This document shows positions 32,055 through 44,182 of a stretch of 64,000 nucleotides of DNA, piece by piece. The stretch is taken from positions 62,001 to 126,000 of the forward strand of contig MU008166.1 in NCBI GenBank assembly GCA_010909165.1, written 5' to 3'. Below the pieces are notes generated by a model. It was not told the DNA's origin, ran no database searches, and saw only the letters and a list, made by a program, of their open reading frames with translations. The DNA is from Anthoceros angustus. Its lineage: Eukaryota > Plantae > Anthocerotophyta. The position numbers were made by a program, and so were the translations under genes. Position 1 is the first letter of the stretch; every line of letters begins with the position of its first letter.

Positions 32055-34037
32055 TCACTTCAGATTCCGGAAACTTATCTTACCTGCAGTAGGTAGTCTC
32101 ACTGGTTCCCAGGCCGAATAAGCCTGCATAACAGTGTTCTTCCAGCCAAGAAGCATCCACCCACGATCCTCACCAACTGTCCAATTCCTGTGGTAGTCAC
32201 GCAGTAGCTCACTGCTACTGTCAAACCAGCTCTGCTTCATCGGTACACATTGTAGACCAGCATTCGCCAGTCGCCTGTGCCACTGATAATACGCCTCACT
32301 CCGCTCCATTCTTGCCAACCCCTCACAGGCAATGACATTCAGAATAAAACGGCCCAACAGCTCTTGCTCCAAATGCAGTCGTTCTGCTGGAAGGTCGGAC
32401 ATGCAGCTCTCCACGATGTCGAAGTATGCCGCACCATGCGAAAGAACTTCAGGGATCCTGGCCATCAGTAAAGGCGTGTTCAACGCAGCATTCATGATAC
32501 CTGTCACGAAAACCTTAGGCTTCATCCTGGAAATCCTCTCCAGCACAGTCCTTCGGGGATTGGACGCCACAACACTCTCATCCAGCAGATTCCGCAGCCG
32601 ATACATGCAGCACACAGCAAGCACTTCATCCCCCCGGATACCTAGAGAAGAAATCTGCACACTCTCCCACTTGTCCGCAAATCCCTTGAACTGAAAATTG
32701 ATCCCGAGACTGGATGCAACCTGACAAAGCAGGCGTCCAGTCTCCTTGATCTTCTCATCAGGGTTCAAGCCAGGGTGAGGCAACTCTATGCCCGTGATCC
32801 GGACCTTAGGAGGCCCTCCAGGACGGTTGGCAAGAGCCTGCAGCAAGCCAGGCCACTGGCCCCCAGCCATGATCCCATAGTCAATGACATGCACACTGTC
32901 TGCTCCTTCAAACGCCTCCAGAATCACACTGTACGCAAACTGGTAACCCAGCCGAGACTTGGGGTTTCTGGTAGACATAAGCTCATAAACCTTCTGAGAG
33001 AGCAGCGGCATCAGCTGCCCGTTGCTCTGAGCAGTATACAAATCCGCTCCTGTGCCATACAGCTTAGCCAACAAAGCATCCATGACGTAATGCGTGAGTC
33101 TCTGCAGACTGGAGCCATAAGGAGATGCAAACTCCCGCATGTAGCTCGCCAGCCTGGTGGCATTGTGCACATCGTCCTCAAGCACAGCCTTGGCACACTC
33201 CATCACAACGAACTTCACATCATCAAACCCTAAAACCTGAGCAGCAGCATCAGGCATCGTCTTGGCATGCGCAGCATCGTCCTGGCCGTCTCCTGCACGG
33301 TGGCCGTACTCTGGCACCAATTGAATGGGGAACTCATCAGGCGGGAAGGCATCAGCTTGGAGAAGGAGAGGGGAGGAAGGAGACGGCAGGTCGGGCACGC
33401 AGTCATCCGGCGTCTGAGGCAGAGAAGCACTGAGCACGGACGATATCCAATCTTCCACAATCCCGTCCCCAGACGAGGCCCGCACAGAGGGAGAATCACT
33501 GTCAGAGAAATCCAGCCGGGTGGCCACATCCCCGATCATATCCGCGAGTTCATTGTGCATTACTTGGTACGCCAGCAGGCCTGTGACCTCCATTTCATCC
33601 GGGTCCTTCAGCCCCGCCCCGTCCGTAAGCATGTGCTCCAGGTACGCCAGATTCTGCCGCCGCTGCTCCTGCTCGTAGCTCCGATCCTCTTGCCACACAG
33701 GGTCCGTGCTCCCGGAGTTTGTAGGAGAAGGAGAACCCGCGTCCGAGGAGGACGCTCCCACACTCCCTGCCCCGTTCTCATGCAACCTGCTTTCCGAGCC
33801 ATGGCCACTGCCACCCCTACTGCTGCTGCCACTGCCATCGCCATTCCCATTCCCGTGCCCGTTTCCGTTGCCATGCCCGGATCCGGTACTGCTCAGAGCC
33901 CGCTGCAAGGCTAGCTGCAGCTGGGCTGTGAGCGACGCCCGCTCCGGCATCATGCTCAGCTGCCCAGACCTCCCAAGCTCAGACCTTCGACCGTGAACCT
34001 CAGGTTTGCTCGCATCTCCGCTTTTAGCTCCTGACAT
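32055..34037 (-). CDS. GRAS transcription factor, LISCL/SCL14-like clade, intronless
   Basis: 660-aa ORF from ATG at 34037 with ASPYGSSLQRLTHY, VHVIDYGI..G.QWPGLLQALANRPGGPPKVRITGIELP, LRNLLDESVVASNPR..VL..I....PKVFV, NVIACEG..R.ER...Y..W and GWK...AYSAW. Confidence 0.95.
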   Translation of the reverse strand: MSGAKSGDASKPEVHGRRSELGRSGQLSMMPERASLTAQLQLALQRALSSTGSGHGNGNGHGNGNGDGSGSSSRGGSGHGSESRLHENGAGSVGASSSDAGSPSPTNSGSTDPVWQEDRSYEQEQRRQNLAYLEHMLTDGAGLKDPDEMEVTGLLAYQVMHNELADMIGDVATRLDFSDSDSPSVRASSGDGIVEDWISSVLSASLPQTPDDCVPDLPSPSSPLLLQADAFPPDEFPIQLVPEYGHRAGDGQDDAAHAKTMPDAAAQVLGFDDVKFVVMECAKAVLEDDVHNATRLASYMREFASPYGSSLQRLTHYVMDALLAKLYGTGADLYTAQSNGQLMPLLSQKVYELMSTRNPKSRLGYQFAYSVILEAFEGADSVHVIDYGIMAGGQWPGLLQALANRPGGPPKVRITGIELPHPGLNPDEKIKETGRLLCQVASSLGINFQFKGFADKWESVQISSLGIRGDEVLAVCCMYRLRNLLDESVVASNPRRTVLERISRMKPKVFVTGIMNAALNTPLLMARIPEVLSHGAAYFDIVESCMSDLPAERLHLEQELLGRFILNVIACEGLARMERSEAYYQWHRRLANAGLQCVPMKQSWFDSSSELLRDYHRNWTVGEDRGWMLLGWKNTVMQAYSAWEPVRLPTAGKISFRNLK

Positions 34038-34419
34038 CAACCCACCATCAGCTGTCAGTGCTGAGAGCCTGTGGGTCTACAGTTCATGCGTCAACCGCCA
34101 CGACTGCTCATTGGACCATAGAAACGCAGATTCAACTTGCCATGCTCGAACTTGGAGATCTCCCGTGCTGCGCAAGGAACTTTAAACATTTTTGACCTGT
34201 ACGTGTAGATTATTCCACACGGTGTCACTGTACAGCGAGCATCAGATTACGGTGACTTTATAAGAGCGAGAATGAAAATGTATGTGGTTGTCGTTGCACA
34301 TAAGCTTTCCACCAAAAGCGACCATCACCATGTGACATTGAATAAAAGACTGGTCATAGACTACATATACATACATGATCGTGATTTGCGTTGCAGAATG
34401 ATATCAGCAGGACTTGCCG

Positions 34420-34471
34420 GCACATAGTGCCATGCTGCAGGGAAGGCACATAGTGCCATGCTGCAGGGAAG
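34420..34471. repeat. Exact 26-bp tandem duplication upstream of the GRAS gene
   Basis: GCACATAGTGCCATGCTGCAGGGAAG occurs twice in a row. Confidence 0.95.
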
Positions 34472-36218
34472 GGCCTCACTGGATGATGAAGAAAAGTGTG
34501 ATCCTGATTCCCCGACAGCACTTTGTCCGCCGACGCCTCGGCATATGCATTGTCCGTGTTGCCATGCAGAATTCTCTAAATAACAAGGAATGGACTGAAT
34601 TTTTGCAGCATCTGTGAAGAAGATTCAGAAGTAACTGATTTCGTTCCTGAGGACTCTGTCTTTCATATGCGAATACCTTCGCCATTCAATATAGACCACT
34701 TTTCGGAAATTGCGAACACAACATTGCGTCCTCACATCTTTCAAGAGGAAATTGAGCACATTACGGCTATTGGAGTACCTCAAGCAATCCTTCGAAATAT
34801 AGTTCTTGTTGCTCTCATGGCATTCCCAAGAAACGATATCTCAGGCTCTCTATATTCTTCTTCCCAATTTCAGCAAACATCTGTTGCCACAAAAATGTGA
34901 AGACCATGCAGTCTATATTTGCTCAATGCAGCACAACTTCCTAGTCCTCCTCATTTTCGGGCTCGGATGCTGCCTACGCTTCACCGGGCTTGGCTCAATC
35001 AAAGACTCTAATATAGGCTTGGACTGGAGGCTTGCCTCGTGGTCAGCTGCACTCGCATCCTCGTTCCTGCTTCCTTCAAATTGATCATCCCCTTCATGCA
35101 CAGCAGTCCCATCAAGAAACAATTGCCGCTGTCTGGTGGCATCTTCTTCCTCCTCGCCAATCCCAGGTGCTGAAGTGTATGATCAAGAGTAGTATCCATA
35201 ATTGTCACCTTCTCCATCTTGCACAACGGCTCATAATATGGGGGCGAGGATGCTGGCTGCAAATCATCCTTACGTGGTAGACTCACCAGTTCGTGTCTAT
35301 CGCTTTTGCCCTAGGCCTCGCACTCGCCCCTGCGACCTGCGAGAGCAAGAATAGGTTGGAGAAGCGCTCTGCATATAGGTAGACCTTGGCACCTCGCAGC
35401 ATCCGTCAAGGTCTTTGTAGGGTAAGCCAAAATTCAAACTCATTGGTCTTGTCCCTGATGGTTTGAACATTCAAACATTTAAACAAGATCAAGGTGGCAA
35501 ATTTGACCCTTTACAGCAGCCGTCGATTGTAACTGCCCAACGTTTGGGTCCAAATAAGCGGCTACAAATGGAACCTAAACCTAACCAAATTCACAGTTAG
35601 TTAACCCGACGTGAAGTATCCAAGTGTTTATCTTGTAGCGGTTCTGCTCCGTTCCGTCCGTCCAGTCGGGGGACTGCCATCCTGTCCTCCCACTTCTCAG
35701 CTGGCAACTTCTCGTTGCTGTCTTCCCGTCAGTAACCTCTTGGTAAGAAAAGAAACGAGGACGAGCTTAAGAGGTCTTATGTTGGTAGCCAGGGGTCAGT
35801 TGTGAGAGTCTGTAGCTCCGGAAGCGCGATCGCGATACTAGCTGAGCGCGGCTCACGATTGTCACTCTCTTCTATGCAATTCAATTCTATTGGAGCAATA
35901 TGTTGCATCATCAAGTGAGCATAGGCCTACATTCTGCACATTGCTGATGCGCGTTTTTGGTGGACTAGGGAACTCTCCACTCATTTGAGCGAATGCATAT
36001 GCATTTAGCTCGAACCTCAGATGAGGGCTGACAATCATGTTATGACTCTTGTTTTGTTTTGCGGCTATAAACCTTAGGCTGCGAGATGGGAGTGACCGGT
36101 GCGCTGACTTAGCTTGGTATGGATGTGCGTTACGATATGTCATTGGAATGCATGTTTGTAGCTTGGATGGCATTGTACAATGCACCACTGGCTGAAACTG
36201 ATGTCATTACGACAGCAG

Positions 36219-36393
36219 CTGTGAACTTTGTCTTCAAAAGGCACTAACTCTAACAATGTCATCATGTCTTTTTAGCAAAGGAGGATTTGTCATATTGAAG
36301 GATGGTTGTTTTATCAACTATTTGGATTATAACTTTCTAACTTTTGGGGCTCCTACATTCCTTCCATTTCCATTCCAACAATTTAGTTTTTAA
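36219..36393 (+). pseudogene. 3' half only of the DUF26/Gnk2 gene
   Basis: Encodes CELCLQKALTLTMSSCLFSKGGFVILKDGCFINYLDYNF; the 5' part seen at 43730 is absent. Confidence 0.7.
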
Positions 36394-37038
36394 CATGACT
36401 TTTGGTTGATGTTGATCCTAGCTATGACATCATGGGAACAATAGGTAATGGTCGCTCTAGTATCTATCTATAAAGCATATTTCTCCAACTCCAGTGCGCT
36501 TTGAGGATTTTCTTCCACACCACATTGGTGTAGATTGGAGCATATATCTCAGATAGTACATAGAGATTTTTGTGAAATGCATATGAAATAAGTTTTTCAT
36601 TTCTACAAATGATATTTCTAAAGTATCTTATTTTCTTATTATGCATCATATACGCATATATTTTCTTCATCTAAGTAAATGTAATAGAATTATGCAACTC
36701 CAACATGCGAGAATATTCTTTTATTATAAGAGAAACCCGAGACCTAAAACAAGTGATGTTAAATCAAGTGTAGAGGACGAAGCCATTCTTGTATTCCTTA
36801 ACTTCACCGCTTTCTACCTATGTATTAATGCAATTGGGGTCTCTTTGGCACATTTTTGTTCCTTTAAATTGGAAAAGGCTTTCTACCTATGTACCTAAGC
36901 ATATCGAGATCATCTAATCATTATGCTCTATATATGTGAGCATAGGAGACCTAATAGGACCAAAGTATCCTCGTCTCAAAGTATTTTGCGGCTATCCAAG
37001 GCATCGGGCTCCTCTCCGACCTATCTGACTAAGGCAAT

Positions 37039-38471
37039 ATGGCAAATACCATCGCTTTAGAGTCGGTAGCATCCGCCTTCTTATCTTGGCCATCCTATTA
37101 GTGGGGTTTGGAAGTCTAGGAATTCAACAGTATTCCCCGCCTCCCTCCCGGCCACCCTTGCAACACAAACACGCTTGAACTCTCCTCTGCGCCCGGTTTT
37201 CAACCCACAGCAGAGGGAGATCTGCCACCTTCGGAGAGGGATGCGTGCAGGATTGGCTTCACGCAGTAGTAGGAGAATCCTTGCAGGGGTGAGGTAGCAG
37301 TCGCAATCTCAACATGGTGACACCAAGTTGCATACGTAAGGTGGACCCACAAGACGTATTGGCCTCTCAACCCGTCTGAGCTCATCTCCGCACCTCTTCG
37401 GAACCGGGAGCTACCTTGTGGATTTCAGTCGGCACGCCACCAAAGACGTTGTCTTTGATTCTAGATACCGGAGCGACCTTGTGTGGACGCAGCCTGTACC
37501 GTGCCAAGCTGCATGGATCCCTTGTTTGAGCCCGCTGTCATCTTACGCCAATGTTTCTTGCAACGCGCAGCATGTAATCTAGTTCCAGCTCCCTCTGGAC
37601 CATTGGCGTGTGATGATGTGAATCAACGACCTTGCCGATTTGTACCCGGCGATGCTTCTTCCACGTCACGGGGCTCGCCTCGAGGCGGTGACTCTCAAGT
37701 CGCCACCGTCGAGGGAGGTGCGGACTCGGATGTGGAGATCCCTGTAGTCTTTGGGTGTGGGAATTCCAGCAGAAGCTTCGGGATGGCGGCGGTATCCCGG
37801 GTCTCGGGGCCTCTTTCCTTCCGCAGATTGCGGCTCCATACGGACCAAGTTCTCGTATTGCTTGATGGATTTCGAGCCCACCACGACCAAGTCTTTTATC
37901 ATGTTCGGGAAACGGTGTGATGGATCTTGGAGCATAAGGCGTTCGTGGACAAACATCATGTGGAGTACACAAGGTGGTGGAGAACAAGGGGCTCCCACCG
38001 AATATTATGTGCGGATTGTGAATGTTTCGGTGGCGGGGAAGGAGGTTCCCCGCCAGCCCTGCATTCGCCATCAAGACCAATGGGTCCGGTGGGGCGTTCT
38101 TTGACTCGTGTCACCATCACGTACTTTGTGACCGAGGCCTACAATGCCATAATCGGCTGGCGTTTGAGAAAGTCATCGACTATCCCGTTATAATCAGACG
38201 ATTGTGCCTCCTCTGCTCTATGCTTCGAGGCTCGTGGTGATGTGGGAAGCTTGAAATTGCCGCTCGAGCTTGGAATTGAGGGTGGAGCCGCTCGCACCGC
38301 CGAGACCAACTTGTATGTGGAGGTAAAGTATGGAATCAAGTGCTTAGCTATTCATGCGTGCAGTCGCCTGGCACCAACGCCCCTTGAACCTCATCCAAGA
38401 ATTTTCTTATGGTTCACGATAGTAGCGTAAAGAGGGTTGGTTTTGCAAAAGTCGATTGTGTGCCTTTGTAG
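37039..38471 (+). pseudogene. A1-family (nepenthesin/CDR1-like) secreted aspartic protease, copy 1; frameshifted in this sequence
   Basis: Signal-peptide-like start, then across frames YLVDFSVGTPPKTLSLILDTG(S)DLVWTQ, VVFGCG, GITGLG..PLSF, KFSYCLMD, YYVRIVNVSV.G, GG.FFDS.TITYF and HDS..KRVGFAK.DC. May be intact if the indels are sequencing errors. Confidence 0.85.
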
Positions 38472-39576
38472 GCTCTCTTTGCAAGAGCTGATTTTGCTGT
38501 GAGCTTTAGGATATCTCTAATTGCTAGAGTGATTAAGACTATGCAACTCTATAGGCTCTCTCTTTGCAAGAGAGACGTGTCGCTTAGCGTGTTCTTTCTA
38601 TAATTGCAATAGCTGATTGTTCGCTTGTGGGTTTCCTCTTTATAATTGTAAGAGCTGGTATGCGGCTTTGACGTGGCACTCTCTTCAATTGTAATGGTGA
38701 TGGTGCAGCCTTTGTAGGCTCTCTTTAATTGCAAGAGCTTTATTTTGCAGCTTATGATGTCTACAAGGCAAGCTTAAGGCTCTACTCGTTTACATTTCCT
38801 TGCAACACGAAATTTAAATCTCCAAGTTTGTGCATAGAAAGTTGAGTATGCCTTTCCTTGGTCCAATGAGCGAACGTGGCAGTGGACGCATCAACTATAG
38901 ACTCACAGGCTCTCATTGAATTGATAGTTGATGGTGGGTCGATGAATCGCTCCAAAGGGAGCAAAACCTTTTCGCTTGGCCAAGTAAAGCTGTTTGTGAC
39001 GAAAAGATCGACTTGAGGATGGTTTTGGATCAGGGATAGTTTTGGATGCAGTTCTATCAATCTCCGAAGGCCATTAAGGCCTATCACTCACCGTACCGCA
39101 CGGCCGTGGCAGGCCATGGCCTTTCCGAGATCATGCTATGCACATATGCTACCATGGTTTCAAGCTCGTTCCATCGTACCGTAGCGGTATAGAATGTGAT
39201 CATGGTTACCACCATTCAGGTAGGAAATCTGGGTTAAGGAAATCTTTACCTTCCACACACACATTTTCAAAAGACTTTGTTTCACCGCCTCAGAAGTTGC
39301 TTTGCAAAGCCATCGATCTTCACAATGACCACCGCAATAAGAGAATGTTCCAGCTCGTGTTGTAGCCTTCAATTTGTAACTGCGTTGTGATCTGTGCCAT
39401 CTTAACCCGTATAGATGTGAGCTGTACCTGAAGCTTGCACTTAGAGAATTAAACAGCACTTACATAAATCCTGCAGAGGAAGCCTAGTCGGTGTTTAGGG
39501 GGAAGCTTGTACTTAGAAGCCAATGTGCACTTAACAGCAACATTAGGGAGAATCTTAGACTTAGGATTAGTTTGAA

Positions 39577-42395
39577 ATGGATCTAAATCTGTGTACTAGT
39601 GTAGATGAACTACCTCCTGATGTGCCATTTGTTGTACAGTTGCCGAAGGGTGGCACTTTCAAAAGCAGCGACCTCCATTGGGTTCTATCAAGTGAGAAGC
39701 ACTCACGGTGGACACAAGGTCACGAGAAGACCATGCGAATTGCTCATATCCCGTTTAACAGAGTAGAAGACTTTGTGGTAGGAATGGCATCTGATGCAGA
39801 GCATGCTACCAACTTCTAAAAGAAGGACTCTAAAGGGCCCAATAGTTTACCTCGTCCCAATACTCCTACAGTCCACACAGCCCTTACATACACTAGGTCT
39901 GGTCTTCTTATTGTTGAATGTGGTAGTGTCTCTTCTTGTGCGTAAAATCCTTTTGCATCAAGATCTTGACTCATGGCTCTTCTCACAGATTCTGGTGTTC
40001 CTACGGCCCTGAGGACTTCGGGCAAACAGACCTGACTAGGCCATCCATGGCAGAGACATCCAAGTGCAAAGTTTTGAGAGGGGAAAGTGTGAAACATGGG
40101 TGCCAAGCGAACTTCCGAGTGAAGCAGTTACTATTATGGCCAAAAGTGGCAAAGATTGGGCTTTTCGAAGACAAACATCTCGACATGGCAGGTATCCTTT
40201 GTCATGGAGTTTCTTACCAGGGCATGGCTCGAGATGTTCGCCGTCGCCGATGAGAAAAAGATTGGGTTAGACACTGCCTTTACTGTAACATTTCCATAGA
40301 TGAGATCATGCGTCGGCATACAAAGGCTTTGTATGCCAAAGTTACAAACCAAGCAGGGCCTCATCAAAAGATTAGGGATGACTTCTTGCAACGGTACGAT
40401 GTAATCAACATTGCCAGAAATGTGGTCATAGGTGATAGGAAACTTCACCCTGATGATTCAACTTCAGTTTCTTTTTGGATTAGGCAGAATGCTTCCATGG
40501 TGTTCTATCAATCCACCGAGGAGCAACCCTTTGCCTTAGGTATCCAAACTTCTTTCATGCTGGAATCTATGATCAAGTATGGGAATTGCAGTGTTTTGGC
40601 TTTGGATGCAACCTTCGGCATGAACAAGTACAAATACCACTTGTTCACCATCATGGCCTTCGATCAGCACTTAAACGGTGTGCACATGGCATGGGCTATC
40701 ACGTAAGGCAACAATTGAAACATTGGTGGCATGGTTGTCGACTACGTCCGGGTTGAGCAGCATGATTCTACTTGGACACCGAGCAGCTTCCTTGTGGACG
40801 ACTGCCAAGCAGAAATCTCTACTATTCAACAAGTCTAGACTCGTAACATGCCCATCTTGCTGTGTTTGTGGCACGTGCGAAAGGCATGGAGGAAAAATCT
40901 ATTGAAGAAGGTAAGGTCGAGATAGATCTCGATTTGGGTGAACTTGGTGAGATCATGTATGTCAATGGGTTTTCCACTGCAGATATTTGGCTACGCAGGA
41001 TGTTGGACTTGTTCTATGCGTTGGGCGAAAAGGCAAATTGCGTTTGTTAAATACTTCAAGGAACAATGGGACCATAAGTATGTGCCATGGGACCTTTAAG
41101 TTCATGCACTTGCCTCGCGCCTCCTCTCGCTCTAATCGAATTGCTTGTTATTTTGGAATAGTGATGTGGCTCGCCATGCGAGGATGCCACATGTCGAGAA
41201 TACCACTCTAAGCCTTCCACGCTGAAGCCTTCCATGATACATGAAGGAGAGAGCATGTGTTTCCAAGTCCAACAGTCGTCGAATGGATTGGCTCCACCGT
41301 GAACGTTGTTGCACGACATTTTGGTATCAACATTTCACAAAGGAAGGTGGTTATACTGCAACAAGAAGCAAGAGATGTTAGAGGAGACAAGACTTGCAGT
41401 GCTGAAGGTATTCCGATTAGTTCACTCTCTGTTAAATCTCTAAGCTGCTTGTTATTTTGGAATAGTGATGTGGCTCGCCATGCGAGGATCTTTGCCACAT
41501 CTTTGGGCGGCTCCACTTCCACTGTTGAAGCCTTCCACAGATACATGAAGGAGAGAGCATGTGTTTCCAAGTCCAGTTTAACAGGCCGTCGAATGGATTG
41601 TTGCTCCACCACTTGTGAGCGTTGTTGCACGACATTTTGGTATCAACATTTCACAAAGGAAGGTGGTTATACTCGCAACAAGAAGCAAGAGATGTTAGAG
41701 GAGACAGCACTTGCAGGTGCTGAAGGTATTCGATTAGTTGATCATATTGCCACTCACGAACATGTGCACCTTGCTTGTCCACTAGCTCGCCTGGAAAATG
41801 GTACATCATAGACCATGCTTTTTCACCGTGGGCTACATGTACGTGCCCCATGGGTCTCAAGGCCTTCATCTGCAAGCATGTTATTCGTATGCAGCAACTT
41901 CTTGGTGTGCAGAAAGATGGCTCTGTTAGATCTCGGGAAAGTTCTCGGACAAATGGAGCATATGATACAACCTTGCTAGAGACAACAAACCTGGCTCTGT
42001 CCTTCTTGTTACAAGACCAAAACAACCCACATATTGTTCTTCCAGATAGCCCATTGGTTGACCCTGTGCCCAAATCAAGGTTTGAAGCTACAAGAGAAAT
42101 ACAGTTGAGCACAATTGTTGCAGGATGCAAGGAGATCTTAGATGCTGCTTATGAGCACAAAGAGTTGGCTTTTGATGTTGCTGCTATTGTGGAACAAGCC
42201 ATGCATCAAGTGAGGACGTTGGTAGCTCAACACCTTGAAAAAGGCCAGACAAGAAAGCCGTTGCAACCATTCTCAGAGAACGAAGGACCTAACACATTGA
42301 AGCGATTGAAGTCATTTGACGAGAGGCCGAGGAAAAGCAATAAAAAGACTGTATCTTGGAATCTTAAGTTACAGGGGAGTCAACAAGAGAATTGA
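39577..42395 (+). pseudogene. MULE transposase with SWIM zinc finger (At4g13970/At1g60560-like family); frameshifted in this sequence
   Basis: IAHIPFNRVEDFV, FWCSYGPEDF, GCQANFRVK, FALGIQTSFMLESMIKYGN.SVLALDATFGMNKYKY (D1), FLVDDCQAE (D2), LCLWHVRKAW (CxxH), STVEAFHRYMK (E) and WATCTCPMGLKAFICKHVI (SWIM). Confidence 0.85.
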
Positions 42396-42636
42396 GTACA
42401 CACGAAAGTAGTGAGAATTTTGTAAGGGCAATATGTGACAATTTTGTGTAAGCAGTCTAGATCTAAAATTCGCTCGGAGTACTAGTCTTGGTCTTCAAAC
42501 TTGTGACTTATGCAGCCCAGCATATAGGTAGTTGCTCTTCTTCGTTATGAGCCAAAGCCCTTTGTGTTTCTGAGCACACAGCTCTTCATGTTTCTGTTCA
42601 TATGTCTCGCACTTCCCCTCACTCACAACCTTCGCA

Positions 42637-42785
42637 CCTCAGACTTTGCTCATCTTGTAGTCTACCGCAGCGGGTCTAAGACTTTGCTCATCTTTTCTCA
42701 TCTTGTACTCTGCCGCAGCGGATCTCAGACTTTGCTCATCTTGTACTGCACGGATCTCGGACTTTGCTCATCTTGTACTCTGCCT
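42637..42785. repeat. Subterminal tandem repeat inside the MULE (about 4 copies of ~35 bp)
   Basis: Recurring CTCAGACTTTGCTCATCTTGTACTC.GCCGCAGCGGAT. Confidence 0.85.
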
Positions 42786-43729
42786 CACCGGGTTTCAGTC
42801 TTGTACAACTCGCACCTCACAAAACACGCTACACGGGACATCTCCCCGTAAACGGGTCCCTGTTTACGGGCGACGCAAAACCCTTCAAACACGGCATCAG
42901 CCGCTTGGGTGAACGGCAACATACCCGGTATTTCCTTAAGATCTCCTAACCCGGGATCTCTTACTCGACAGACTAACCGTGATTATGTAACCTGGAGTCG
43001 GATACCACCGTCCCGGGACTTCTTAGTCCCGCGGCGGTACATCTTAGGGCATGGTCACATGATGTACATTTGATGTGCATGGAAATAGGGAGGGCATGGG
43101 CACCTACGGCCCTGCGGTACGGCGAGTGGCAGGCCTTAATGGCCTTCGGGTATTGATAGGCATGCGTTTTGGATCAGGTGCACTACACATTATGTACTGT
43201 CTATGCTCACCATGCTCAAAAGCATGCCGGTAGAGAGTATAGTGTCCTTGGGGCAACCAGCTTGGAGCTACAAATTCGTCCTGTCTAATTTGTCGTGTCT
43301 AGGCATGCATTTCTTTGGGCATAATAACGGCTAGATACTTTGTGCTAATTATATAGCTGTGTTACCCGAGTGATACTTTGTGCTAATTATATAACTGTGT
43401 TACCCGAGTGTAAAACAACTTCCACGTACCATACGTATTTGGTATTTCGTGTATAAGGATGACGATTGACTTTTCGAAAAGATGTCCACGTATTCTTCCC
43501 TGATATGGTATAAAAATATAAAGAGTTCATCTAGAAATAAAACTGGTTTAGTAGACATAAAACGAAGAGAATATTGATTGTGCCACTGAATATACTTTAC
43601 AAAAGACATCCTTTATAAAGTCAAATGAAGGAATCTTATCTACCTCGTTATATGTATAAGCGTATAGGATGATATACATTATTATCGATAGTAAGTATAA
43701 AATTCAAAATATTAGTCTTTATATTTGGA

Positions 43730-44182
43730 ATGGCTAATATTTTTCAAAATGCATGTGGGTTTCTGGAATACCCTTTCTTGAATACACCTGATTGTGATGG
43801 TATTGATATTGATCCACTCTTCATTTTTACTCACCATAGCGAGGTGTTGACTGTAACTGAAGCATCAATTGCTAATGCTGGAGAGCTATTTCCACAAAAA
43901 AACGCTAAACTTACTACACTAGAGAAGGCAACTCTAGCCGAACCACTATTATGGTCTCTAGCTCATTGCATCCCAGATCCACCTTCTACAGTAAAAAATA
44001 TGGAAGACTGTGAACTTTGTCTTCAAAAAGCACTAACTCTAACAATGTCATCATGTCTTTTTAGCAAAGGAGGATTTGTCATATTGAAGGATGGTTGTTT
44101 TATCAACTATTTGGATTATAACTTTCTAACTTTTGGGGCTCCTACATTCCTTCCATTTCCATTCCAACAATTTAGTTTTTAA
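43730..44182 (+). CDS. Single-domain DUF26/Gnk2 (stress-antifungal) cysteine-rich secretory-type protein
   Basis: LWSLAHCIPD...EDCELCLQKA...SSCLFSKGGFVILKDGCFINYLDYNF mirrors the DUF26 consensus LYxLAQCxPDLxxxDCxxCLxxA...C....GGRVL..SCxLRYExYxF. An in-frame hydrophobic stretch (KILVFIFG) lies just upstream of the ATG. Confidence 0.7.
   Translation: MANIFQNACGFLEYPFLNTPDCDGIDIDPLFIFTHHSEVLTVTEASIANAGELFPQKNAKLTTLEKATLAEPLLWSLAHCIPDPPSTVKNMEDCELCLQKALTLTMSSCLFSKGGFVILKDGCFINYLDYNFLTFGAPTFLPFPFQQFSF

Larger units (their letters stand above)
36219..38926 (+). repeat. Copy 1 of a ~2.7-kb direct duplication (copy 2 is 44008-46702)
   Basis: Near-identical sequence from CTGTGAACTTTGTCTTCAAAA to GGCTCTCATTGAATTGATA in both copies; differences are mostly small indels concentrated in the GC-rich part. 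Confidence 0.95.
39054..43159 (+). mobile_element. Mutator-like (MULE) DNA transposon with terminal inverted repeats
   Basis: TIRs at 39054-39109 and 43104-43159 match at 49/56 positions (CTATCAAT..CCGAAGGCCATTAAGGCCT..CACTC.CCGTACCGCA.GGCCGT). Flanks GATGCAGTT and GCATGCGTT look like a decayed ~9-bp TSD. The element encloses a SWIM-DDE transposase. Confidence 0.85.
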
